Source: Epiperipatus broadwayi
Taxonomy: Eukaryota > Animalia > Onychophora
Reading direction: 5' to 3'
DNA: 64,000 bases
Assembly (NCBI GenBank): GCA_028023455.1
Contig: JAQFVV010000008.1
Location: forward strand, 13,950,001-14,014,000
The position numbers were made by a program, and so were the translations under genes. The notes beneath the pieces were generated by a model. That model was not told the origin of the DNA and made no database searches. It saw only the letters and a list, made by a program, of their open reading frames with translations. This document shows positions 1 to 12,270 of this stretch, one piece after another. Each line of letters opens with the position of its first letter. Positions within the stretch are counted from its first letter, which is position 1.

Positions 1-3000
1 GTAATTTATTTACTTTTGAGTGATATTAGAGTTCTCTGCTAACGAAGATTTTATAAACAAGGAAAATTTGTCAAAACTATTGGCCCATCTTTCTGATGTG
101 TTCGGTATTCAAACACAGCAAAATAAATATGCATAGTGACTAGTTCACTTGTAAAAGATGGAACTGATTTTGAAATTAGTTGATTTAGATTTTATAATCA
201 ACTTTCAGTAATTAACATGTGTTAAATTACTATTTCATTTCACGATTTTATATTCAAATATTGTTGAATGTATCATAATTAATAATTGTGTAATTAAATT
301 ATAATTTTATTTCCTTTGCATTTAGTTGCTAAGAGTCTTGATTGATGATATTAGTTATTTTGATAATTGTTTTATACATATATATATATATGAATGATTG
401 AAATTAATTATTTTAATATTTGATTTCGTTAAAATAACTTTATTTGACTTGACTTCTATTATTAAAATTTTATAATCTAATGTTTAAGTTATATACGTTG
501 TGTATATGGGTGTTTTTAATATAAAAGGATAATGTATTTATTGTTTATTAATTAAAATGATATTTGTAAGTATATGGTTTGATATTGCACATAAACAAGT
601 GGGCTTAATAAGATTGTAAGCTTACCCTTACACGATCATTATTTATGTATCATTAAAATATAATTTATTTTATTATTATTATTTGACAATTCCCATATGT
701 TAAGGCATATTTGTGTGCTTATGTAGACATGTGTTAGGTAGACACACGTTAAAATTAATCATATTTTATTATATAGTAATTCAAATATATTCATAAATTA
801 TTATGCCACACATCTGTGTGCTTATATATGTGTGTTTCATGTAAACCTATTAAAACATATTTGTAAATTACAGTGTAATAGGGGTTTTATTTTTTAATTC
901 TTCAAAATCAGAAGGCTTAATTTATATGTATAGCTGTATTCTGCAGATCTTTTTTTTTTCATTTTTATTGTTATTAATAAATTAATATTTCATTGTTAAA
1001 GTTATTCCAGTGAATTTATTCAATCCTAAATCGCAAAGGGGATATCCTTTAAAGTCCATGCACTACATTTTATTTAGTTTAGTATTTATTAGAAATTAAA
1101 TTTATAGTTGGCCAGTATAGTAATGATACTAATTGGCCAGAACATTGATGAGGATCAACATGTTTTAGTATCCCAGCATTATTTTTTTTTCTGTTGTATT
1201 CTTATGAATTAGCACTTAAGTTTGTGCATCCAAATTATTGTGTAAACAATTTGCCTCAAGCTGGCAAGGGCTAAATAATTAGCCTGGTCTGTAGTAGACC
1301 TGTTTCAAATCCAGTCACAAGATTAACTGATGATTTATTTTTTATTGTTGATCATTCATAATGATGAATGATTATTATTTTTGTGTAATGCTGGTGAACT
1401 TATAGTTAATTAATATAGTTAGCTGTGCTGATCTCTCATATTTATGCTCATTCCTCATAGTTTTTCAATATATTTTTTTTTTTATTCAATTTTATATTTT
1501 GACTGAGGTTGATGAGTGATATCATCCCAGATTTACTCCAATGAATCCATACCATTACAGTATATTAAGGGAATAGATTATTGAAGCACAACTGATAATT
1601 ACACTTACATATTCACAATGTAAAATAGCATTTGATCCATGGATAATAAATATGAGTATAATATTTATTATATATAAGATTATTCTTTAACTAATGTCAA
1701 AGGATGTAGCTTATGTGAGTAATGTATTATTTTAGTTTTGTAAGATTAAGAAATATATAATACTAATAAATTAATGTTAATAAATCATCCTACACCATGA
1801 TGAAAAATGGTAATTTGATATAGTAACAAGAAAATTATAAGATTTTCACATTTTCTTTTATATTTATGTATATTTGCACTCAATTATTTATTATTAAATT
1901 TCATTGCTGATTTATATATTACAAAGTAGGTAACTGACTGTAGAATTACTACTCTTGAAATGAATTAGTTTTATTGAGTTCTTTGCAAATCTGTTAAATT
2001 CTTAGGTTTTATGTTTTAAAAATTTTAGTTATTCCAATAACGTGAAATGACTGATTATTTTTCACTCAATTTTTAGATTGTGCGAAGCTCTAAGGAACAA
2101 ATTATTTTTAATCTATGACTTGTAATTAAAATTGATCTTACATATATGTTTTTACATCACAAGAATATGGTTTCACTGTAATTGAATATCCATCGATCAC
2201 TTTATTGTTTTTTTTTTTGTTGCAGAATAAGTATCCAGTTTTGTAAAGTTTACATAGCAATATTGTGATTTTTATTTGTTTATCTTTTTACCAGAATTAT
2301 TAGCTGCATGATAAGGCATACTTTTATCTCAAATTAAATGCAAACATACAATTCTTGTCAGTAGTATTTTCTTGATAATGTGATGACCACAAAATAGTAA
2401 CAAAAATGAGATAATTATAGTATTAATCTAAGATACATGAAAAGCACTTAACAATAATGGCAAAATCAAATAATTTACTTTATTGTTTGTTTAGCATAAT
2501 TTTTTCAATAGCTTAACTATTAAAGGAATCTATAGAACATCCAATCAGGAGATAGAATCAGTGGTTTTATTAAGTCCTTCAGTTCTGACATTGTAGCCAT
2601 AGATTCAAAACTCATTAACAATTAGTTTTTAGTTTGTCTTTGCTTATATTTTTATAGATAAGTGGCTGATAAATTTTATTTATGAAGCAGATGGGCTGAA
2701 TGATTATGGGTAGTCTTTAATTTATTTATGAGACTTCAGATGCATCTAGGAAGATCAAATTCAGTTGGGTTTATTGTTGGATCTGAGAAATTTGTTTGTA
2801 ACATCATGAATTCAATTTTTTTTTTAAACCATAATTCTTTGATAGTAGATTCTTGGTTGAGATTTATTTAGGTGGTGAAAGAATATGCAAAGCTGTTGCT
2901 ATTTCAGTGTTAAATGGATTTCACATTCTAATCTGTTTGAGTAATGCTGAGAGAACAATAGAATAGATGGTGAATCTGAGTGTCATACTGACTTATGACT

Positions 3001-4019
3001 TTATTTTGTCAATTTGGGAAAAATGGCAGTTTTGTCATCAATATTATAAAACACAATTCCTCAGCTTTTTTTGTTTCTTTGCTCTCTGTATTGACACCTT
3101 AGTTTATAAAATTTAAAATTGCATGTTTTCTTAGAATTGACTCTTTTAACTGGATTTTTTTTTTACATAAATTTTATCAGCAATTACTTTGTGTAATTAT
3201 TTTAATTTGTTGTGTTCTCTACGATAAGTTCTACTATAGATACAATAATTTGTGTTCTATGGTTGACTTATATTTTAATTGCTTTTGAAGCAAGTTGCTC
3301 ATTTTTATTTTTTAAATTATTCACTGACCACAGTGGAGAAATAGTAAATGAATCAAATAAAATGATTAATTAATTTTAACTAAAAATTATTTGATTTTTT
3401 TTAGTGTTCCTTAATTTATGTGTCAAAGATTTTTTTGTTGTTGAAAAAACTACAAAAAGTAAAATGAAGTTGTTGTGAAAAGTAAAAATTAGCCTACCAA
3501 ATAAGTGTGAAGTTAAAAATTGATTTATTGATAACAATTTTTTAACTAATATTCATTTTGCCAGTCTTAGTGTGGAAAGTATTTTTATTTGCCCCTTGCA
3601 ATTAATTGATGTGAGGAGGTAATGAAAAGATATCATATGTACTTCATAATTATTGAATTAATAAAGAAATGTTAATACAATAGCTACAGTGCAATTTCTG
3701 ATATGAGTACAATACATAAACTGCTACTGAAGTTTATAAGTTTCATAACCTAACAGACAACATTAAAAGGCAACTACTTTAAAAAAACAATCCTGGTGTG
3801 AAGGCATTCATTAATCTAAAAAAAAATTATGATCAGTTTTAAACATAATATGATTAAAATCTAATAAATTGTTAGTATTGTTGAAGGTACAAATCAAAAT
3901 GATAAATATTCTGTTTTGTTAGAACCACAGTTGCCTGTTGTTTATAACAAACCTATCATTTACACTGATAAACTATATTAGAAACAAAATAATTTTTATT
4001 ATACATGTCTTTCTTTAAG

Positions 4020-4077
4020 TTGATTGAAACAATGATGTCCAAGAAAATTGCAGATGAAGTGATTAAAGAAATCAATG
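4020..4077 (+). CDS. possible upstream RLR exon (LIETMMSKKIADEVIKEIN), unconfirmed
   Basis: Acceptor ttctttaag| and donor AATG|gtagat. The frame is open and ends in phase 1, compatible with exon 12145. Similarity to the expected 'HLRKYN' helix is weak. Confidence 0.2.
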
Positions 4078-6141
4078 GTAGATGTTAGGATCTTAGAACA
4101 AAAGTGGGTAGACTTTTGTAGGACTAGAGCTAATTGTAATTTTCTCCCAACATTTGCGAGTCAATATCTGTATATTATAAATAATTACTAATTATATGAA
4201 CTATTATAAATAATATTAATTTATTGTCAAAAAATTCAATATAAAATATAAATTCCAAGTAGAAACATGAAAATTTATAAGATTGTCAAACATTTGCACT
4301 GCATGCTACCTTCCCATCTTGAATATCTGGTTATACAATTACTAATTGCTACTCATATACATATTTCTAAATGATTTTCTATGAAACTGGAATAGTTGTG
4401 ACAGTTATATGGGGAAATTATATGTCTTTAATTGCAGAAATAATTTCATTTTTGTTCTTGAATAAATCAAATAATGAATTGCTGGCTTCTAGAAATGCTT
4501 CTTTTATCATTTTTAGATCTGCAAACGATTTTTTTATTAGCACATAAAATGATTCAAATGTTGCCACTTTAGGTTTAATAATGGATTTAATAAAGTATGA
4601 TTGTTGGCTCGTTAATTATGACTTAAAAGAATTTTACTTTCGTTTGCTTTTTAACGGAAAATTTCCATGCATAATTTTATATCTTTCTGTTTTATTTGGG
4701 GGGGGGGGGTGATACACATGCATGACATATATGACACTCATTTTGCATTCACCATTGTGAAGAAAAATTGTTCGTCCCATTCTGTATTAAAATATTATAT
4801 ATTTCTTTTCTTTATATTTGTTTCAAACATTACACCTTTCTTGCAGTGAACTATTTAAATCTGTGGACTTGTCATAACAACAACAACAAAAAAATTATCA
4901 GCTTTGCGACCACCTAAATATTACTCATTGCTTTTTATTGCACCTGTGTTATTGACCAGTAAATGTATCCAAGTTGATGAATTTGTAATTGATTTACTCA
5001 TCATGTATTTTGAATAAAGGCATTTGTGTTTTCTGACACATTATATCGGCTCTTGCCTGATTATATATTTAGCTGACATGAGTGTGAAGAATCTATTCTT
5101 GTCTATAGTATCAATATATGTGAAAAATATATCTTTTATGTATAGCTATTTAATTTAGTGTAATTTAGCATTTCTTTTAGTTCAAGTGGGACTGGACCAT
5201 GATCACAACATCTTGCCCATCTCTGTTTTGAATCTAATGTTTTATCTTTTCAGATTATTTACTTATAATTTTGACTGAAATCTTTATACTAAATAAATTA
5301 TATGCAACGACAAAAATGGAAAGAAATTGATTTCTGCTATATCAAATAATATTCCAAGAAATGCATATTTTCTTTAAAATGCAAAATCATTTCATTAATG
5401 AACTTTGTACTGATTTGTTGTAAACAAATGTTATAACCAGAATACTAAAAAAGTGTGAACCACAGTTGTTGTGGTAGTGATGCCTAAGATAACTTTATTT
5501 CATTACTGGAAATTGCTCTAAATTTATTTCTGGTCAAAATCACATAAAACTTGGAAAATTTTGAAAAATGATAATGATAGATAGAGAATTCTTTTAACCA
5601 GTTTTAACAAAATCAGATGATTCAAAACTAATTGCATTAAGAATTTGAAATAGCAGCTAGATAAAGAGCTCCCAAACTTCTTTTGTCTGCAGATTCCTTT
5701 AACAAAAACTTTTAAAACTGTTGACTTCCTAGTTATTTACTTTACTTACTCAAATTAATAAATTTGTACAGTACTCGATATTAAATATTTTACTAGATTT
5801 CAAACTTTTCATTTTAATCACTTGTAAGTAATGATTGAAAAAGATAAAAGGAATATGGTGTAACGGTGTACATATGCCATTACATTATTTTAAAATTAAA
5901 ATAGTTATTTTAACATATATATAATCGCACAGATGGAAAACTATTAAAAAAATTATTTAAAAGAAAGTTAAAAAAAAAAAGTAAAGATTTAAAGATTAGT
6001 ATTTTTGTTAAAAAGTAATATAAAAGAAAATAGAAATAAATGTTAATTATTTTCTATTTACAAGAATCATGTTTAAATCTTAGTGAATGGAAATGATTGT
6101 TCTATTAATTGAATCTAAAGCAAATGAGCCCTTGGGCACTT

Positions 6142-7385
6142 TGTAATGTAATGGTCAGATAAGAGATAAAAAATTAAAGATTATGTGTTTTCCGATCTGG
6201 AACAGATTGACCAAGCCAGGCACGGGCCAGGAAGGAAAACATCAGGACCATTAAGAAAGGACGTCATGTGTGATTGATCCAGAGAATTTTTGATATGTGA
6301 GGCTATAAAATTATAAAAGATGAAATATTAAATTATTATGAGCCCTTTTTACTCACTTAGAAAATGAAGTAACTGTTGATTCTTGAACTGCATTGCAGAC
6401 CCCGAAATATAAAGGTCTCGCACTGAATTAATTTCCTGTTATGGACCAACTGACGTGACCGCCAAATTGATGATTACTGAAAGGCTGCAAACATGGACCG
6501 GTCTTCCCAGAAATGATATAAATATTAAATGGACTTCAGTTGAATAGGTCCGACGCATCATGGACAAGATGGATTTCAAATAAATTACTGCGGAAAATAT
6601 GAACTTTTGTTTATCTAAATTGAAATAGGAACTTCAAAAAAATTTAAAAATAATTAAGAACTTTTCAAATACGAGCATGTGGTTAAGTCCTGTAGAGGTC
6701 CCTATCTTCGCATTTTCACATGCATATTCTTAAGGCTTACAGCCTTAGTAAATATTACTTATCTGATTGAGCGTAAATTTAAATTAGTCATATTCTCCCA
6801 ATATGATTGCTAATCAATCATTTCCACTTTTATTTTTTTTTGTTACATGCTAAACTAAATTATTAACTTGTATTAAATTTAAGTTGGGTGTAAATGGCTG
6901 CATAGATTTGTTATGTTTATGTTAGTTTAATAAGGGGGTGTAATTTTCGGCTGTCTGAGGTTGGTAAAGGGATGTATGGGTATTTCATGTCAATGTAATA
7001 TGAGGTGTGCTAGCATACAGCTTAGTATCCCATTTAAATGCATGGCCCAAAAGTGTAGCCATCATGTTGCCGATGGACACAGATGTATTCCCTGCGCCAT
7101 GGATTCTTCTCGCTCTATGGATTGGGACTATAAGATGGCAAGGACTGCTCTCCCTCCATACGGAGCATTTCGTATTCTTCATATTAAATAATTACTTAAC
7201 TCATCAGACATGCGCATTCTTGTACTGGATGAGGATCATTCTTCCTTAAATAATAGCATGCTGCAGACACACATTTCTGTTAGTATGGTTTTATGCTGAT
7301 GTCTTCATGTTGTATTGATCATAGCCTGGAGTTAAAAAAGTAAAGTTAGTCAAGCGCATAGTCTATGTAGCCTATCTATGCCCAA
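6142..7385. repeat. GC-richer unassigned repeat block, LTR-like in part
   Basis: Composition jumps relative to the flanks. It begins TGTAATG and contains TATA-like and AATAAA motifs and a purine tract followed by TGTAA at about 6930. No TSD or recognisable protein motif was found. Confidence 0.3.
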
Positions 7386-7620
7386 CATTGTAATATATTA
7401 AATTGTATAAATTGTCCATCTGTGTGACTTACCAAGATATCAAAACTTAAAAGTTTAAAATATTAATAATAACAAAAATTAAAGCAATATTAAATAATTT
7501 ATTCCTCAAATTTATATATGTGCGTAAATAAATATTGTGTGATTATTACTGACAGTGGCTTATTTTATTCTTTTTTTTTTTTTTTAATCAATAATACTTT
7601 AAAAGATTTATATCATTAAA

Positions 7621-7790
7621 TCTCAGCTACTCCATGAGCTAGTGACTGGGGCATATCGGTCAAAGTAAAATGGAATCTTAACAAGAAGTATCTGCCTATG
7701 ATATAAATTTTTCCAGGTTCAAATGGCCTGGTGGCACTCTGTATGGCAGATAGAGTAAGAGTCTATTGCCCGACTGTTATAATGGAATAT
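7621..7790 (+). repeat. dispersed ~170-bp repeat, copy 1 (copy 2 at 61571-61735)
   Basis: Shared motifs catgag(c/t)tagtgactgggg, gtatctgc, taaatttt and g(c)ct(g/a)gtggca...atggcagatag occur in the same order in both copies. Confidence 0.6.
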
Positions 7791-8070
7791 GGCATTATTT
7801 TGTGCAACATTTAATATTGAAACCTACTTTAATTAAAATTAAAGCAAAAAAAAAAAAATACAAGCAGTTTTTTTAAATTTTTGACATTTATGAAATAAAT
7901 ATGTAAATTCAAAATAAGTACAAATACTGAAATCACTTTATTAAACATAAAAATGAAGTGGAAAAATCAACATATTTTGACAGAATTGAATATCAATAAA
8001 ATTACAACGAAAGATTTAATCAGAATTATAAAAATAAGAATACCAAATAAATTAGCTTGGAAAACTAAAT

Positions 8071-9750
8071 TTATTGAGATAGGTGCACATGGTAATCTGT
8101 TAACAATTTATCTGTTCGGTTTTAAATTTTTTAGTGAGTTGCATTCTCAAATCTCCATGTTCAGTGATATGCAATCGATATCTGTTTTGAAGCAAGTTTA
8201 AAACTACACTGAAGCCTCTCTATCAGATATGACAATGGAAATGCCAGAAAATACTTTTGTATAACAATCCATAGAGCTGGGTACAGAAGTGAAATATCTT
8301 GCTGCAACAAAACTTTTGATAATCCTGTGAGAATTGTATCTTGAGATCCTCATTTGTGCTGATGACTATTAGCTTATCTTGCAAAATTATATTTGGTTCT
8401 GCACTAGTAGTGTATGGATTTATTATCCAATCCGGTATTTTCAATGATAGAATATCTTCGAACCTAAGTGAAGTGCCTCCAAGTGGTTGCTGTACAGCAA
8501 GATGTTTTCATTCTTGGATTGTGCCTATCTTAAATAAGGTGGAGAATTGGGAAAGCTCAGATCTTGCAATATTTTGCTTAAAAAACATTAATCTGGCAAC
8601 AAAAACCAATATGACCGATTTTGCTTTGATGAGATTCAAATTGCCAAATAAGTCAGTTAAATAAGCAATATCTGTTTTACTCTTAAAGAAATTTTCTTTC
8701 AAACTGGAATCCTTGTCTTCTAAAAAGTCTAAAACAGATTGAAAAAGTGCAAAAAATCTCTCCAAACAAACCTTTTGAAAGCCAGCGGACTTCGGTATGG
8801 AAAGACAGTCAATAGAAATCTTCAACGCTTTCCTTGCATAATTGAGTGAACAATCTAGTGTTCAAAGTGTTACTTTGAAATTTGTTCACAGCTGTTATAA
8901 CAAACTGAATTTATTGCTAAAGTTCTTGGTTACTAAATGTTGCCTATGAATTACGCAATGAGAACTGCAAGCATTTCAGGTACATGTTGTTTTAGGTAAC
9001 TTATGATACCGCGATAACAACCAACCATAACAGGTGCTCCATTTTTCGCAATAGATGTTATATTTGTCAATGGAATCACTTTTACCCTGAAAATTAACTC
9101 CTTTAAATTAAAAATCAATATACCTCTAGTGTCAGTTTTTAAAGTTCCAGCAAAAAGCAGTTCTTTGTGCATTTCCTGATTTTGAATAAAGCGAACATAC
9201 ACCAGCAACAGAGCTTCATTACCGGGTAATGTTGACTTGTCCAATTGGAGGGAAAAAATGTTTTATTCGTAATTATTATACAAAATTTTCACTTTGTGAT
9301 TCATTTCAACGATATGTCTTTAAACTGTGTTATTGCTCAAAGGAATCTGTTTGGAGTATAGTGTTCAATACCTCCGTGACGACCAGTAGAATCAGTTTTT
9401 CCCCTATGATATGCAGCTCATCAAACTTCGCGATGAATAAGGATATGTTGTACGATGCTCTTAATCCATCATCATGTTGTTTCGATTATGAAACAAAACA
9501 TCTATCTTAGTTCTCTTCAGAATTTTATCTTTAAGTGATTGAAAGTATGACAAATCTTTCTTTTTTGTCAGGGTGAATTCTGTTCAAGTGATTTGCTAGT
9601 TTTGATGGTTTCATAGTGTCGTTGCTTAAGACTTTTTCACATGTGAGGAACATTGGTAAATGTTTGTTTGATAATGGTAGGACAAATCTAGTTTTAAATA
9701 GTTTAAACTGTACTGGGTGCATTTCTTTTTTTTTTTTTTGATTCAATCAT
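8071..9750 (-). mobile_element. decayed hAT (Buster/SCAND3-ZBED8-like) transposase
   Basis: Frameshifted pieces occur in the correct order: BED finger (CEKVLSNDTMKPSKLANHLNRIHPDK), DKSTLPGNEALLLVYVRF (LDEST motif), IPLTNITSIAKNGAPVMVG, ERFFALFQSVLDFL...IAYLTDLF, IPDWIINPY and a hATC C-terminus ending HVHLSQ*. TIRs were not resolved. Confidence 0.9.
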
Positions 9751-12144
9751 TATTATCGTAAAAAATAAAAACTTTTATTAACAAACAATTTTGACAGTCC
9801 CTGTGATAAAAAATAAATAATAAAGTGTGTGCTTAGTTCAAACAGAAGATTTTTGTTTAAGCTCGAATAAATAAACTGTGTCATCTGATTTTCTTTTTCA
9901 TAGTACTGCTCCTCAATAAATAATTATATTCAAAGCTCAGATCACAAATAAGTATGTCATATCACGTGAACCAATTTATAGTGTTTTATGAAAGTATGAC
10001 CATACAAGACTGATATATTCTGTTAATATTGAACGTCTTGTCCCACCACGAGCAAGTGCGGACATGCAACAGTTTTTCATGTCCACACTTGTTCGATAAG
10101 ATAATGCACAGACATGTTTGTACTACATGTACTTAATGTATTCTTACATTTAATTCTTTTAATGACACATTTTACCTTTTCGTTCGCAAGTTTGTTATGT
10201 AATGTGTTTTTATCAAAAAAGTGTTATTTCTTTTAAATATTTTACTTTTTAATTAGATAATTATGGAATTATAGATATTTTGAAGTAACAAACAAATAGC
10301 AGTAGCAAGGGGATCTATTTTTGCTGTCATCGATCACCAAATTTTTTTTATTGAAACTATCAATTCCTAGAAAGTTTCAAATCGCCCCAGCCATAATAGT
10401 GTGAATTCAGTATAATGTGCAAATATCAATCTGATGCATCATTCATCATCAAACTAGTGCCACTTTAAAAAAAAAACAGCAATCTCTGATCTAACAGTGT
10501 CTTACAATTTGAGAATCGATTCATTTTATGACACTTATAATTTGTAAAATACTGTATTCAGATATTTTCAAACTACTTAAAGTTCAGATAAAATGTTTTT
10601 ATGTTGTGAGCAGAACTTCTAATTGAGGAGTAGTCTAATTTTTAGTGTAAGCCTTTCTGTAATGAATTTACAAATAATAACTAGTTAAAATAAATTCATT
10701 TATCTATTTTTTTTTATAAATTCTAGATGCAAAACTATAAATATTTTTCAACTGCATTGGGTGTGTTCTTTTTTATAGAGTAATCTTTATCTACATAAAA
10801 GCATCATTACATTTTATTTGCTTTTGTGTCATCCAGAGATTCATAGAATAAACATTTTTTATTTTAAATTGTTTTAAATTAATTAAATTCCAAATAATTG
10901 AGATTACACTACTTTGATAAATATGGTTTATCTTTCGAAATTTGACTTTTTTAAAAAATGACATTTGTATGAGTATATTTGCATACAGTTTCATTTAATA
11001 TTGATGAGTTGTAATCTAATTTGACAATTAAAACAATAATTCTTTAGCTGCTGGTAACATCAGATACTAATTTTAATAGTTTTTACAAAATAAGCTTTTA
11101 GAACATCTTGTTTGTGGTAATGATAGTTAAGAATTGTTTTTTATTTTCAATCAAGTTAATTTTATTTTTAAATACTCAATAGATTGATTTATTAAATAGT
11201 CATACTTTGATTGAATTAGTCTTTGTAAGAAAAGGTTTTATAAATGTTTTGAATAATTCTTTAGAACAAATTACACACTAAAGTTTAAGTTTATTTTCAT
11301 GACTATTTCAAGTGAAGTTAGATTACAAAAACAATCTTATTTCTCATTAATAGTTTTAGCCATTTTGTTACCATTACAATTTACTTCCTGCCATGATTCC
11401 TTGTCTTATTGACCTTCAGTTTTTTACTTTTCAATTACCTTTGTATTTTGAACAGAAAAATAAAAATAAAATCCTGTTTTGAACCATTTACCTTCAGAAT
11501 CCACTTAGCTACATATATATATATCTTGATGGATATATTCAAATGGAAAACCAAATTGAAAATATTTAAATATTCTATAGGGAATGATAATTTATAGTTG
11601 CCATTCTAAACTTTGATATTCTATGGCAGCTATGTGGGGAAAAAAAACTATCATTTTTCTTGTGTTATGTAATTATTTCAGATATGATGATATTAATGCT
11701 TTTAGAAAACTTTTCATGTCAATCTCAAACAGTGCCATAGTCTCATATTTAGCACTTTAAAAACATGGGTAATATAATCATTTTTGATGCTAAAAAATAT
11801 GCTTTAAAAATGAATGGAACTTTGAACTTGGATTTAAACAAAAAGATTATGTTGAACTGCTGAATTATTTTTGTTTTTGAGGAACTAATAGAGCAGAATA
11901 TTTTTGAACTTGATGTGTTTATGTTAAAATTCGTGCTTTAAGGTTTTTTGTTGATAAAAATTATCTCACTCTTTTTATACAGTTATTAAACTTGCACAAA
12001 TTATATAAAGAATATATACAAATAGTTTTATTTAAAATAAAAAAGGTTATACATTAATTAATATACACGAAACTACATATATATATATATTTTATTTCAG
12101 ATTGCTAATATAAATATTGTATTTGAAATATTTTTTTATTATAG

Positions 12145-12270
12145 CATTACGCTGTAACGAAATACTCCTTATGAAAAATGCCTATGATTATTTGTTAAAT
12201 ATTCACGAAAAACTTGAAAAACAAGCAAAAAAAAGTCCTGCAGAAGATATGATGCTTAAATTATTTAAAG
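12145..12270 (+). CDS. RLR internal exon (Hel2i insertion domain, 126 nt)
   Basis: Acceptor tttttttattatag| and donor AAAG|gtaatt. (A)LRCNEILLMKNAYDYLLNIHEKLEKQAKKSPAEDMMLKLFK aligns with RIG-I ALIISEHARMKDALDYL and MDA5 ALQINDTIRMIDAY. Confidence 0.88.

Noticed and set aside
1260-1320. tRNA/SINE-like B-box (gtttcaaatcc)
   Set aside because: There is no cloverleaf, no convincing A-box spacing and no second copy in the window.
2077-2121. Candidate RLR exon RLCEALRNKLFLIYDL (resembles RIG-I RICKAL)
   Set aside because: It ends in phase 2 while exon 12145 needs phase 1, and the similarity is too short.
2480-3060. Possible Penelope-like RT remnant on the minus strand (NPTEFDLPR...KSHK...DYP)
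   Set aside because: It requires several frameshifts and has no intact diagnostic motif, so it cannot be supported without a search.
6985-7249. Endogenous viral element suggested by overlapping ORFs
   Set aside because: No viral hallmark motif was recognised, and overlapping short ORFs are expected in a locally GC-richer repeat.
8341-9510. Plus-strand ORFs 8341-8664 and 9229-9510
   Set aside because: They are antisense shadows of the hAT transposase fossil.
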